Notes: a model not told the origin generated them from the sequence alone. Shown: positions 28,747-38,711, counted from the first letter of the stretch. The stretch: DNA of 64,000 nucleotides from Candidatus Poribacteria bacterium (GCA_965116925.1 OZ220744.1:2400001-2464000), one strand, 5' to 3'. Numbers and translations: made by a program.

Positions 28747-30021
28747 ATGAAGGCATCATCTATGAAGTTTAACACAATTCCAGAAGCAATTGAGGCGATA
28801 CGGAATGGAGAGCTAATTATTGTCTCCGACGATCCGGATCGGGAGAATGAAGGCGATTTAATCATGGCAGCGGAGAAAGCCACGCCGGAGGCGATTAATT
28901 TCATGGCGAAGTACGGGCGTGGTATGATTTGTCTTCCTGCCACCGCGGAGCGGTTGTCAGAGTTGAATCTTCCGTTGATGGTCTCGGAAAACACCGCACA
29001 GCTGCATACAGCGTTTACGGTAACAATTGATGCCAGCGATGTGACCACCGGCATCTCCGCCTACGAGCGGGCACATACGATTCAAAAGTTTGTCCAGCCA
29101 GAGACGACAGCGGAGGATTTCGTCCGTCCGGGCCATATCTTCCCGCTGCAAGCAAAGGAGGGCGGGGTTTTGCGGCGTGCCGGTCATACGGAGGCGACGG
29201 TTGATTTGGCGCGCCTGGCGGGACTCTATCCGGCGGGGGTTCTCTGCGAAATCTTGAACGAAGATGGTACAATGGCGCGGCTGCCGCAGCTTTTTGAGTT
29301 CGCTGAAAAGTATGGCCTAAAGTTTATCACTATTGCGGATCTAATCGCTTACCGACGGCAAACGGAGACGCTTATCAAACGGGTTGCCGAGGCGGATCTC
29401 CAGACGAGGCACGGCTACTTCAGGCTCCATTCCTACCAAAGTGCTGACGATGATAAAACTCACATTGCATTGATCAAAGGAGACATTTCGGACGGTGAGC
29501 CGGTGCTAGTGCGGATGCACTCGCAATGTTTCACCGGGGACGTGTTCGGTTCGCTTCGATGCGACTGTGGCGAGCAGTTGGAGAAAGCAATGCAACTGAT
29601 CCAGAAGGAGGGGCGGGGTGTCTTAGTCTATATGCGTCAGGAGGGACGGGGCATGGGACTCGGCAACAAGATTCGCGCCTACCGGTTGCAGGACAGCGAG
29701 GGGCTTGACACCGTTGAAGCGAATGAGCGACTTGGTTTCCCCCCAGATTTGCGGGATTACGGCGTGGGTGCCCAGATTTTGACAGACCTCGGTGTGGAGA
29801 AGATGCGTCTGTTGACGAACAATCCGCGTAAGGTGAGTGGTCTTGAGGGGCATAGTCTTGAGATTGTCGAGCGGATTCCGCTGCAAACGAGGCCCCATGA
29901 GTTTAACCGTCATTATTTGGAAACGAAGAAAACGAAGCTAGGGCATCTGTTGTTAGATACTATCAACGAGGAGAAGGAGGAGACGGTGCACGGTTATGAT
30001 GGCCTGATGGTTCAGGGTTAG
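28747..30021 (+). CDS. ribBA: Bifunctional 3,4-dihydroxy-2-butanone-4-phosphate synthase / GTP cyclohydrolase II
   Basis: [51 protein letters not shown]; start may be 28762. Confidence 0.96.
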   Translation: MKASSMKFNTIPEAIEAIRNGELIIVSDDPDRENEGDLIMAAEKATPEAINFMAKYGRGMICLPATAERLSELNLPLMVSENTAQLHTAFTVTIDASDVTTGISAYERAHTIQKFVQPETTAEDFVRPGHIFPLQAKEGGVLRRAGHTEATVDLARLAGLYPAGVLCEILNEDGTMARLPQLFEFAEKYGLKFITIADLIAYRRQTETLIKRVAEADLQTRHGYFRLHSYQSADDDKTHIALIKGDISDGEPVLVRMHSQCFTGDVFGSLRCDCGEQLEKAMQLIQKEGRGVLVYMRQEGRGMGLGNKIRAYRLQDSEGLDTVEANERLGFPPDLRDYGVGAQILTDLGVEKMRLLTNNPRKVSGLEGHSLEIVERIPLQTRPHEFNRHYLETKKTKLGHLLLDTINEEKEETVHGYDGLMVQG

Positions 30022-30041
30022 ACCACCTGCACTAAGGAACA

Positions 30042-30512
30042 ATGCCAAATATCTACGAAGGCAATCTTATCGGTACGGATCTGAAAATTGGGATTGTGGT
30101 CAGTCGGTTTAATAGTTTTATTACCACCAAATTGTTGGATGGGGCATGTGACGCGCTTAAACGCCACGGTGTGAACGAGGACGATGTGGACATCTGCTGG
30201 ACGCCCGGTTCGTTTGAGATCCCCACTACGGCAAAGCGGCTCGCTGATAAGGGGCGATATGATGCGGTTATCTGTATCGGTGCGGTGATTCGTGGTGCAA
30301 CACCGCACTTCGACTTTGTCGCCAACGAAAGCGCGAAAGGAATCGCACAGGTTTCTTTGAATACAGGGATCCCGGTGATTTATGGCGTTATCACTACTGA
30401 TACGATTGAGCAGGCGATTGAACGCGCTGGCACGAAGGCGGGGAATAAAGGGGCAGAAGCGGCGGTCACTGCGATTGAGATGGCGAACCTGTATCGGCAG
30501 ATTGACGGATAG
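30042..30512 (+). CDS. ribH: 6,7-dimethyl-8-ribityllumazine synthase
   Basis: [31 protein letters not shown]. Confidence 0.97.
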   Translation: MPNIYEGNLIGTDLKIGIVVSRFNSFITTKLLDGACDALKRHGVNEDDVDICWTPGSFEIPTTAKRLADKGRYDAVICIGAVIRGATPHFDFVANESAKGIAQVSLNTGIPVIYGVITTDTIEQAIERAGTKAGNKGAEAAVTAIEMANLYRQIDG

Positions 30513-30537
30513 AGGGATTGATAGGCACTTTAAGCTT

Positions 30538-31389
30538 ATGGCAGCCTTAGAAGAAATCAAAATTGGTAATGGGCGGATTATCAAAGGGGATTGTCTCTCA
30601 GTCATGGATAATTTCCCCGACAACCATTTTATGCTTGGGTTCACCTCGCCTCCCTACCTAAACGCGATTAATTATGAGGAGCATATTGAAAAGCTGCACG
30701 GGGCCAAGGCACGATGGGAACGAGAAGATATATCCTACGAGGAATATCGGCTTTTTCTGGAGAATCGGTTCAAGGCATTGCTGCGAATTACAAAGCCGGG
30801 AGGACACAATGTGGTAAATATTGCCCCGGTCCTATGGAATGGTACGCGGACTGCGCTCCCGTTTCATTTTGTCAGTTGGCTTGAGGATATTGGCTGGCAA
30901 TTCAAGGAGGATATTATCTGGGAAAAGCCGGTTGCGAGGGATCGGCGATCAGGAGTTTTGTTACAGCATCCCTATCCCGGATATTATTATCCTAGTTTGG
31001 TTGCCGAATATGTATTTGTCTTCCAGAAACCTGCCGATAAGAAAAGTCAGAACAACATTTATTGGGATAGAAGTAATGAAGAGAAGACAAAAAATGAGAT
31101 TGACCTGAAGGATTATCAAGGCGAGAAAAGCAAAAACGTCTGGAAAATCCGTCCATTAGCTCCTCAAGAAAATCTGCATCCGTGTCCATTTCCATTAGAA
31201 CTTGCGGAACGGGTCATCCAGTTTTACTCTTATAGGGGAGATTCGGTGATTGACATTTTTGCTGGAAGTGGACAGACAAATTGTGCTGCTGAAAAATTGG
31301 GCAGAGCGCATGTCGGCATTGAAACGCAACAAAAATATATAGATTATGCGCTTGAACAGTATCATCAAATTTTGAACAGCGAGACATAG
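30538..31389 (+). CDS. Site-specific DNA methyltransferase, beta class, probably N4-cytosine
   Basis: TSPPY (motif IV) precedes HPCPFP and DIFAGSG (motif I). Confidence 0.88.
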   Translation: MAALEEIKIGNGRIIKGDCLSVMDNFPDNHFMLGFTSPPYLNAINYEEHIEKLHGAKARWEREDISYEEYRLFLENRFKALLRITKPGGHNVVNIAPVLWNGTRTALPFHFVSWLEDIGWQFKEDIIWEKPVARDRRSGVLLQHPYPGYYYPSLVAEYVFVFQKPADKKSQNNIYWDRSNEEKTKNEIDLKDYQGEKSKNVWKIRPLAPQENLHPCPFPLELAERVIQFYSYRGDSVIDIFAGSGQTNCAAEKLGRAHVGIETQQKYIDYALEQYHQILNSET

Positions 31390-31390
31390 A

Positions 31391-32293
31391 ATGAAAGCAA
31401 CTGTGCTGCATGGAGATTGCGCCTTGCTATTAGACCAACAGAACATCCCTTTTGGGCATGTTGATCTCACCTTTCTCGATCCACCTTTTAATCAAGATAA
31501 AGGCTACAACGAGTGGGATGATAACTTGCCTGAAGCGCAGTATTGGAAGTGGATGGGCGATGTGTGCACGAAGATTTACGACCGAACTGCTTCGGGTGGC
31601 GCAATCTATTTTATGCAGCGCGAGAAGAAAACCGAGGCTGTGCTACGGTGTTTACGCGAGTCTGGGTGGACGTTTCAAAACCTGATTATTTGGAAAAAGA
31701 AAACGTCCGCTGTCCCCGGGATGAATCGTTTTGGCAAACATTACCAGATCATCGCCTTTGCAACGAAAGGGGAGCGTCCACGGGTATTTCATCGTTTACG
31801 AATCAATCCACCACTCCCTGCGGGCTACAAATATGAACGGGAAAACGGCATGTTCGTCACCGATGTGTGGGACGATATTCGTGAGTTGACATCGGGCTAT
31901 TTTGCCGGAGATGAGGCACTGCGGGATACAGAGGGCAATCGCTTGCACAAGCAACAGACACCGATTCAACTGCTCCTTCGGATAATCCTCTCTTCCACAA
32001 ATCCCGGTGATGTTGTATTGGACCCATTTGCGGGTTCGGGGACAACGCTGGTCGTTGTGGAGCAGTTGGGGCGGAAATCAATCGGGGTTGAACTCGATAA
32101 GGTCAACGTCAAAATCATCGAAGAAAGGCTTGCTGAAAAAAGGGAAGCGGATGATATTTCAAGTTTATTCAAAGACTATGAGTGTACACCGGACCTAGAA
32201 GCTATTTGGGGCAGAGTTGAATCGAGAGCCGCAGCGACTTTCAAGCAGGGAAAACTTTTTGAGGCGAATCAAAGGTTACATTTGAGCAAATGA
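31391..32293 (+). CDS. Site-specific DNA methyltransferase, beta class (N6-adenine or N4-cytosine)
   Basis: DPPFN, IIWKK, TDVWDDI, VLDPFAGSGTT. Confidence 0.9.
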   Translation: MKATVLHGDCALLLDQQNIPFGHVDLTFLDPPFNQDKGYNEWDDNLPEAQYWKWMGDVCTKIYDRTASGGAIYFMQREKKTEAVLRCLRESGWTFQNLIIWKKKTSAVPGMNRFGKHYQIIAFATKGERPRVFHRLRINPPLPAGYKYERENGMFVTDVWDDIRELTSGYFAGDEALRDTEGNRLHKQQTPIQLLLRIILSSTNPGDVVLDPFAGSGTTLVVVEQLGRKSIGVELDKVNVKIIEERLAEKREADDISSLFKDYECTPDLEAIWGRVESRAAATFKQGKLFEANQRLHLSK

Positions 32294-32398
32294 ATGTCTT
32301 AAACCTATTTTCACAGATTAAAATTTTCACTCTGCAACATCACTTCAATGGTCCCTTTTTAATTTTTCAAACGAATCTTTTATCCACATGAGTTTCCA

Positions 32399-33007
32399 AT
32401 GATTGCAATTATCGACTACGGTGCGGGCAACCTGACGAGTGTTGAACGCGCTGTCCAATATTTAGGCTACGACGGAAAAATTACCGCTGATCCCCAGACC
32501 ATTTTGGGCGCGGAGAAAGTTATCTTTCCCGGCGTGGGTGCGGCGCGGGCAACAATGGATAACCTGAACGCGGCTGGGCTTGCGGAGATTTTGTGGGATG
32601 TCTATAAATCGGGTAAACCGATGTTAGGGATCTGTATCGGTATCCAGATCCTATTTGAACATAGTGAGGAGGAGGATACCAACTGCCTCGGTATCTTGCC
32701 CGGTGTTGTCAAAAAGTATGAGGCGACACAGACCCAAAAAGTGCCGCAGATCGGCTGGAATGAGGTGTATCAGACGCAGGCGCACCCAATTTTTCAAGAT
32801 GTTCCGAATCCTGCTCATTTCTATTTTGTGAACTCGTACTACCCGATCCCGCGGGACGATTCATACATCGTCGGTAAGACCACTTACGGCGTTGAATTTT
32901 CGAGTGTTGTCGCCCATCAGAACTTGATTGCGACACAGTTCCATCTGGAGAAAAGCGGTCGAATCGGACTCAAGATGCTTGATAATTTCTTGGGGAATGG
33001 ACAGTAA
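32399..33007 (+). CDS. hisH: Imidazole glycerol phosphate synthase, glutaminase subunit
   Basis: IIDYGAGNL, FPGVG, LGICIG, VPQIGWN, FYFVNSY, QFHLEKSG. Confidence 0.95.
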   Translation: MIAIIDYGAGNLTSVERAVQYLGYDGKITADPQTILGAEKVIFPGVGAARATMDNLNAAGLAEILWDVYKSGKPMLGICIGIQILFEHSEEEDTNCLGILPGVVKKYEATQTQKVPQIGWNEVYQTQAHPIFQDVPNPAHFYFVNSYYPIPRDDSYIVGKTTYGVEFSSVVAHQNLIATQFHLEKSGRIGLKMLDNFLGNGQ

Positions 33008-33039
33008 AAACCTTTGCGAGTAATCTTTGAAACTGTGAA

Positions 33040-34572
33040 TTGTTCATGCTAACTTTCTTTTTGGTATTCGTTGTTTTACTGATTAACCTGTTGGTTTACG
33101 GCTTGGATAGCCCCCACAACTATGATGTTGTTTCGCATCTCTATTATGGGGTCATCATCCTCGCGGGGATATACGACAACCGTCGCGGGCAGTATCTGTT
33201 GCTTGCGTGCACGACATTAGCGAATTGGATACACGCGGGGCTCTACTATGAGCAGATCCATTTGGGTGTAGTTGCAATTTTATATCCTATCATTGCATAT
33301 TTCATTGTCCGCACCATCCAGCTATTCAAGGCACAACGCGCCACTACGGAGGCACAGTTTCAGCAGATAGATCAAGCCAACACGGATTTGGAAAAACGGG
33401 TGCGCGACCTATCTACCCTTTTTGAAATCGGTGATACGGCAAACACCGCTCTGGAATTAGATGAGCTTTTCCAAAAGATTATCAAGACGCTTGCCAACCG
33501 GATGGGGGTATACCGGGGTGCGCTGAGGATTTGGGAAGATGGCGAGTTAGTCAAAAAGGTGGAGGCAGTTGTTGGATTGACGGAGGCGGAACTCCGGCGC
33601 GGCACGGACAGTCAAATTGATCTTATCCAACAACAGGTGCTCCAATCTGGGCAACCGATCGGTGTGCCACACAGTCGCACGCCTCTCGAGCAGATTGAGT
33701 TTCCAGATGCGAAATCGGTGCAATCGAAAGATCCGATAGCATTCTGGTGTGTTCCGGTGGTGGTGGATGAACAGGTGATCGGCACATTGACGATTGATAA
33801 GGCATCGGACGAATTTTCGATTGAGGACGATATTCGTATCTTGACGATTATCGCTGCGATTGTAGCACAGCGCGTTAAGATTCAGCAGATGATTGACTCA
33901 CTGGTGCAATCCGAACGCCTTGCAACGCTTGGAAAACTTGCGACGACGGTGGCGCACGAGGTGAGAAATCCGCTTGGCGGGATCCGTGGTGCGGCGCAGT
34001 TGCTTCAACTAGGGGGCGAATCAAATTCCGAGATTCAAGAGTACATTCAGGTCATTATCAAAGAGGTGGATCGGTTGAATCGTGTGGTTGAGCAGCTACT
34101 TGTGTCCGGCAACCCACGTACCGCCGGCGTCAAGTTAGGTAGTATTGATGACCTGATCGACAATAGCCTTTCGATCTGTCAGCCGGAGTTAGATCGGGAC
34201 CATATCCTCGTTGAAAAGAAATTTGCTGATAGTTGTCCACCGGTTTCTGTGAACGCTGACGGAATGATACAGGTGTTATTGAACCTATTTCGTAATGCAA
34301 TTGAATCGATGGAAGATGGGGGTATCTTGACGATCCAAACCCTCTATGATTCTGTGACTCAGGTGGTTAAAATTTATATCAAGGATACCGGACGGGGTAT
34401 ACCGCCGGAGGTTGCTCCTCATCTGTTTGACCCATTCTACACAACAAAACAGAAGGGGACGGGGCTTGGGTTAGCGATTAGCCAGCAAATTATTGAGGAA
34501 CACGGCGGTGCAATCGAAGTTGATATAACAGAGCCTCAAGGGGCAACGTTTATTGTGACGTTGCCGATTTGA
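33040..34572 (+). CDS. Membrane sensor histidine kinase with GAF domain (NtrB-like kinase core)
   Basis: N-terminal TM helices; GAF; AHEVRNPL, NLFRNA, DTGRG, FDPFYTTK, GTGLGL. Confidence 0.92.
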   Translation: MFMLTFFLVFVVLLINLLVYGLDSPHNYDVVSHLYYGVIILAGIYDNRRGQYLLLACTTLANWIHAGLYYEQIHLGVVAILYPIIAYFIVRTIQLFKAQRATTEAQFQQIDQANTDLEKRVRDLSTLFEIGDTANTALELDELFQKIIKTLANRMGVYRGALRIWEDGELVKKVEAVVGLTEAELRRGTDSQIDLIQQQVLQSGQPIGVPHSRTPLEQIEFPDAKSVQSKDPIAFWCVPVVVDEQVIGTLTIDKASDEFSIEDDIRILTIIAAIVAQRVKIQQMIDSLVQSERLATLGKLATTVAHEVRNPLGGIRGAAQLLQLGGESNSEIQEYIQVIIKEVDRLNRVVEQLLVSGNPRTAGVKLGSIDDLIDNSLSICQPELDRDHILVEKKFADSCPPVSVNADGMIQVLLNLFRNAIESMEDGGILTIQTLYDSVTQVVKIYIKDTGRGIPPEVAPHLFDPFYTTKQKGTGLGLAISQQIIEEHGGAIEVDITEPQGATFIVTLPI

Positions 34573-34611
34573 GCAAATTCAGTGAATACAGATATGGTGA
34601 ATGAAAGAAAC

Positions 34612-35739
34612 ATGTCATTAACTGAAGAAGAAATTCGCGAATTAATCGCTAGTGAATTTCCGCGCCTAATAACCCAAAATACCGAAATTCGTTATGAGTT
34701 AATCGGTGTTATGTCGGAGACTTTTGCCAAAAAAGAGGATATAACAGCGATTTTGAACGAGCTCAAGCAGATGCGCGAGGAATCTGAACAACAGCGGGTT
34801 GAATTCCGGCAGGAGATGCAAGGCTTACGTGAAGAATCCAATCAACTACGTGAGGAGTCCGAGCAGCGATGGGTTGAATTCCGGCAGGAGATGCAAAGCT
34901 TACGTGAGGAGTCCGAGCAGCGGTGGGGTAATTTCCGGCAGGAGATGGAAGCCCTACGTGAGGAGTCTGAGCAGCGGTGGGGTAATTTCCGGCAGGAGAT
35001 GGAAGCCCTACGTAAGGAGTCTGAGCAGCGGTGGGGTAATTTCCGGCAGGAGATGGAAGCCCTACGTGAGGAGTCTGAGCAGCGGTGGGATAATTTCCGG
35101 CAGGAGATGGAAGCCTTACGCGAAGAATCCGAACGGTTGCGTGAGGAGTCCGAGCAACGGTGGGTTGAATTCCGGGAAGAGATGCAAGTTCTACGCGAAG
35201 AGTCCAATCGGCTGCGTGAGGAGTCCGAGCAACGGTGGGTTGAATTCCGGGAAGAGATGCAAGTTCTACGCGAAGAGTCCAATCAGTTGCGTGAGGAATC
35301 TAGAGCGTCACGTGCATATCTAGATGATGAATTAAAGCGATTTCACCATACCGTTCAAGGTCTGGGAGCGCGCTGGGGATTGCAGTCCGAAGAGGCATTC
35401 CGCAATGGGCTTGCTGCAATTTTGACTGATGAACTCGGTTTCCGGGTGGAACGGTACGAGGCTTATGACGATTCTGGATCGGTTTTCGGACAGCCGGAAC
35501 AGGTGGAGATGGATGTAATCATCCGGAATAGCTCAGTCATTGCAATTGAAATTAAGTCATCAGTCAGCCGCGGCGACCTTGCCCTTTTTCAAAGGAAAGT
35601 GGCATTCTTTGAGCAGACGGAAAGTGTAACGGTAAATCGAAAATTCTTCATATCTCCATTTGTTGATCCCAATGCTGTTGAATTGGCGGCAGCGATGGGC
35701 ATCGAATTTTACACCCACACCTTAGATATTACGATATAG
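34612..35739 (+). CDS. DUF3782-like coiled-coil repeat protein with C-terminal PD-(D/E)XK nuclease-like domain
   Basis: LGARWGLQSEEAFRNGL; EMDVII...IEIKSS; central tandem repeats. Confidence 0.75.
   Translation: MSLTEEEIRELIASEFPRLITQNTEIRYELIGVMSETFAKKEDITAILNELKQMREESEQQRVEFRQEMQGLREESNQLREESEQRWVEFRQEMQSLREESEQRWGNFRQEMEALREESEQRWGNFRQEMEALRKESEQRWGNFRQEMEALREESEQRWDNFRQEMEALREESERLREESEQRWVEFREEMQVLREESNRLREESEQRWVEFREEMQVLREESNQLREESRASRAYLDDELKRFHHTVQGLGARWGLQSEEAFRNGLAAILTDELGFRVERYEAYDDSGSVFGQPEQVEMDVIIRNSSVIAIEIKSSVSRGDLALFQRKVAFFEQTESVTVNRKFFISPFVDPNAVELAAAMGIEFYTHTLDITI
34774..35289 (+). repeat. Intragenic tandem repeat: eight 54-bp units and four 21-bp units
   Basis: Unit REESEQRW(GN/VE)FR(Q/E)EMxxL interleaved with REES(N/E)(Q/R)L; several units differ by only 1-3 nt. 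Confidence 0.9.
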
Positions 35740-35810
35740 ATACTGTGCTTAGTATTGATGCTGCTATGGCATTCGCCGATTTTGGTGTGGACAGCTATCA
35801 TTAGATCTCT

Positions 35811-37265
35811 ATGACACATACAATTCTTATTGCTGACGACGACGATAGCATCCGTTTTGTGTTGGAGAAAGCCCTTCAGAAGGAGGGGTATCGTACATTC
35901 TCCGCACGAAATGGGAAAGAAACGGTGGATCTCCTCCGCTCAGAAGCGATCGACACGATTTTTCTCGATATCTTTATGCCCGATGTCAACGGGCTAGATC
36001 TGATTGAAGAGCTGCAGGGTATTAACGGGACCGCATCGATTATTGTCATCACCGCCCACGGCACAACGCAAACGGCGATTGAAGCTGCAAAGCGACACGC
36101 TTATGACTATGTGACCAAGCCTTTTGACCTCCAAGAGATCATACCTTTGGTATCCCGTGCGGTATATGCTGCGGATCAAACAAAAGTGGCGATAGCAGAA
36201 GATTCGCCACCAGAAGATAGTGTGGTGCCACAAAATGGGGAGGAGGTGGGCACTCAGATTGTTGGCGAGAGCGATGCGATGCACGCGATCTACCTGACGA
36301 TCGGGCGGGCGGCGATCAGCGACGAAACCGTTCTAATTATGGGAGAGAGTGGCACCGGTAAAGAGTCAATTGCCAAGGCGATCCACCAAAATAGTAAGAG
36401 AGCGGAAGAGGAGTTTGTGGTGGTGGATTGCAGCGCGATTCCCTCGGACTTGATCGAAAGTGCGCTCTTTGGACATGTTAAAGGGGCGTACACAGGAGCC
36501 GACACCGCACGTGAAGGCAAATTTGAACAGGCGGACCGGGGAACAATTTTTCTGGATGAGGTTGGCGAATTACCGATAGAGGTGCAGATGAAGTTGTTGC
36601 GTGTTCTCCAAGAGCGGGAGGTCGAGCCTATTGGATCAAATGAGATTCGCAAGGTAGATGTGCGGGTGGTTGCCGCGACGAATCGACGCCTTGATTTGGC
36701 AATTCAGGAGGGTACGTTTCGGGAAGATCTGTTTTATCGGCTCAATGTAGTGCCAATCTTTTTGCCTCCGTTGCGTGAGCGGAAAGAGGATATTCCCGAT
36801 CTGGTGGACTTTTTTATTTCCCGCTTTGCTCAGGATTACGATCAGCCCAAAGGGACAATTTCGCCGGAGGCGTTCAAGCTGCTGATGGTTTATGATTGGC
36901 CCGGAAATGTCCGCGAACTTGAAAACAGCTTGAAGCGCGCGCTCGTGATGTGTGCCGGCCAGGTCCTCCTCCCGGAACATTTCCCGGAGCTTTCTGGCAG
37001 CGCAGTTCCCTCCGTTACGAAGGTGCCGACAGGGTTTGAGAGTCGCCTTGCTTCGCTTATGTCAGAGCGCGTGGATGAACTTATCGAATCCGGTGCCTCC
37101 TCGGGATCACTTCATGCAGAGATTCGTGTTGCCGTTGAGAAGCCGCTTTTTGAGTCTATTCTCCGGCGGACCAGCTGGAATCGTAGGAAGGCGGCTGAGA
37201 TTCTTGGAATTAATCGGAATACACTCCATTCTAAGATGGAGGAGTATGGGATTCAAAAGCGTTAG
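35811..37265 (+). CDS. sigma-54-dependent response regulator (NtrC-like: REC-AAA-HTH)
   Basis: IADDD, LDIFMP, GESGTGKE, GAYTGA, FLDEVGE, FREDLFYRLNV, WPGNVREL, LGINRNTL. Confidence 0.95.
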   Translation: MTHTILIADDDDSIRFVLEKALQKEGYRTFSARNGKETVDLLRSEAIDTIFLDIFMPDVNGLDLIEELQGINGTASIIVITAHGTTQTAIEAAKRHAYDYVTKPFDLQEIIPLVSRAVYAADQTKVAIAEDSPPEDSVVPQNGEEVGTQIVGESDAMHAIYLTIGRAAISDETVLIMGESGTGKESIAKAIHQNSKRAEEEFVVVDCSAIPSDLIESALFGHVKGAYTGADTAREGKFEQADRGTIFLDEVGELPIEVQMKLLRVLQEREVEPIGSNEIRKVDVRVVAATNRRLDLAIQEGTFREDLFYRLNVVPIFLPPLRERKEDIPDLVDFFISRFAQDYDQPKGTISPEAFKLLMVYDWPGNVRELENSLKRALVMCAGQVLLPEHFPELSGSAVPSVTKVPTGFESRLASLMSERVDELIESGASSGSLHAEIRVAVEKPLFESILRRTSWNRRKAAEILGINRNTLHSKMEEYGIQKR

Positions 37266-37279
37266 GTGAGCGTGCGTCT

Positions 37280-37564
37280 ATGGATATTGGAAAGGTCATC
37301 GGGACCATCGTCGCAACTCGAAAAGATCCGAGCTTGGTTGGCTATCGTCTGCTGGTTGTACAACCCCTTGATGCGGCGGGGGAATCGGCTGGCGATCCGG
37401 TCACCGCTATTGATATACAGGGTGCAGCCGGGTATGGTGAACTGGTCTATTTCGTCACCGGTGGAGACGCCGCATTTGTGTCAGCGGAACGCGCAATGCC
37501 TGTTGATGTTGCTGTAGTAGGAATTGTTGATTCAATCACCGTAACTGAAGAAGCGGAGGGGTGA
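37280..37564 (+). CDS. EutN/CcmL family bacterial microcompartment vertex (BMC-P) protein
   Basis: MxIGKVIGTIVATRK...LLVVQP...AID..GAA..GELV...PVDVAVVGIVD. Confidence 0.9.
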   Translation: MDIGKVIGTIVATRKDPSLVGYRLLVVQPLDAAGESAGDPVTAIDIQGAAGYGELVYFVTGGDAAFVSAERAMPVDVAVVGIVDSITVTEEAEG

Positions 37565-37842
37565 TGTACATCGCAAAGGTTATTGGTAAAGTGGTTTCGG
37601 TCATTAAACATCCTGCCTATGACAATCGAACCCTTCTGCTTGTTCAACCGTTGAGTCTGAAATCGCAGTTGGTACGAACACCGACGATTGCTGTTGACTA
37701 TGTTGGTGCGGGAGAGAACGATATCGTGCTTGTTGGGGCGGGGCCGGGCGTTGCCCAAGAGGTCTTTGAACTTGAAACTGCCCCCATAAGGGAGTTGGTT
37801 ATGGGAATCATTGATCGGTTTGATGTGTCCGGTGAGGCGTGA
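37564..37842 (+). CDS. Second EutN/CcmL family BMC vertex protein
   Basis: AKVIGKVVSVIKH...LLLVQP...AVDYVGAGENDIVLV...VMGIID; TGATG coupling to the first. Confidence 0.88.
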   Translation: MYIAKVIGKVVSVIKHPAYDNRTLLLVQPLSLKSQLVRTPTIAVDYVGAGENDIVLVGAGPGVAQEVFELETAPIRELVMGIIDRFDVSGEA

Positions 37843-37934
37843 AACGTGAAACGTAAAGTGTCATGTGTCGTAGTTAAAGTGTGACATTATCGCAGGTTTG
37901 CCTATCTGCTCATTTGTCGAAAGGACACGACACT

Positions 37935-38654
37935 TTGTTTATTCCATTGCCGAGTACGCCATTGACACAGAAATCTTTTAAGCCGCGCGCGGTCCAATTT
38001 TTAATCGTCGCAAATCTCTTGGTTTTTGTATATCAGCTTTACGCGCTTTATCAAGGGGTGCTGTTGGCAGACGTATCTGGCGCGATTCCCAACCAGATTA
38101 TGCACCGCTATTCGTTCTTACCACCGCTTCCAAACCTTTCAGATAAGACACTATTCACCTCCTTATTTTTACACGATGTCCATATTTTACAGGGCGGATT
38201 TATCCACATTATTGGCAACATGCTGTATCTCTCGGCTTTTGGTCCGACCCTTGAAAGTATGATTGGGAGTCTGAAATTTCTCCTGTTCTATCTATTATGC
38301 GGCGTGTTGGCAACGCTCTGTTACGTAATGATCTACTACGATTCTAGCTTGCCCCTTATTGGCGCGAGCGGCGCAATCGCCGGCGTAATGGGAGCGCACT
38401 TTATCGCCTGTCCTAGGGCGCGCGTTCGATGCCTTCTCTTTATCTATATTATCTCTGTGCCCGCGATTGTTTTGCTGTTACCTTGGATCGCCATCCAGCT
38501 AGTCAATGTCTATTTTTCGTTCCAAAGTGCGTCTATTGCTTGGGTGGCGCACGTCGGTGGGTTTGGGGTGGGGATGTTTCTTATCGGAAAATTCCAACGA
38601 ACTTGGTTTCGTCCTAAACAAGAGGTGTATAGAATTCGTCCTTATGTTCGATAG
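37935..38654 (+). CDS. Rhomboid family intramembrane serine protease
   Basis: TSLFLH, HIIGNM, IGASGAIAGV, AWVAHVGGF; TTG start inferred from AAGGA RBS. Confidence 0.9.
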   Translation: MFIPLPSTPLTQKSFKPRAVQFLIVANLLVFVYQLYALYQGVLLADVSGAIPNQIMHRYSFLPPLPNLSDKTLFTSLFLHDVHILQGGFIHIIGNMLYLSAFGPTLESMIGSLKFLLFYLLCGVLATLCYVMIYYDSSLPLIGASGAIAGVMGAHFIACPRARVRCLLFIYIISVPAIVLLLPWIAIQLVNVYFSFQSASIAWVAHVGGFGVGMFLIGKFQRTWFRPKQEVYRIRPYVR

Positions 38655-38687
38655 TAGTCTGTTTGAAAAGATATCGTAATGTGCGGC

Positions 38688-38711
38688 GGCGGGGCAAAAT
38701 ACCCCGCTTAC
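38688..38711. repeat. REP-like hairpin, GGCGGGGCA..ATRCCCCRCYTAC family
   Basis: Related copies at 22583-22606, 41329-41379 (interrupted) and 42423-42436 (partial). Confidence 0.6.

Noticed and set aside
30382..30537. N-terminal extension of the first methyltransferase ORF
   Set aside because: Overlaps ribH in another frame; the true start is more plausibly ATG 30538
34774..35289. Regular direct repeats resembling a CRISPR array
   Set aside because: Units are contiguous, in frame (54 and 21 bp), lack unique spacers and lie inside a CDS; no cas genes
36480..36505. GAYTGA instead of GAFTGA in the activator
   Set aside because: Tyr at this position is a known natural variant; not evidence of sigma-54 independence
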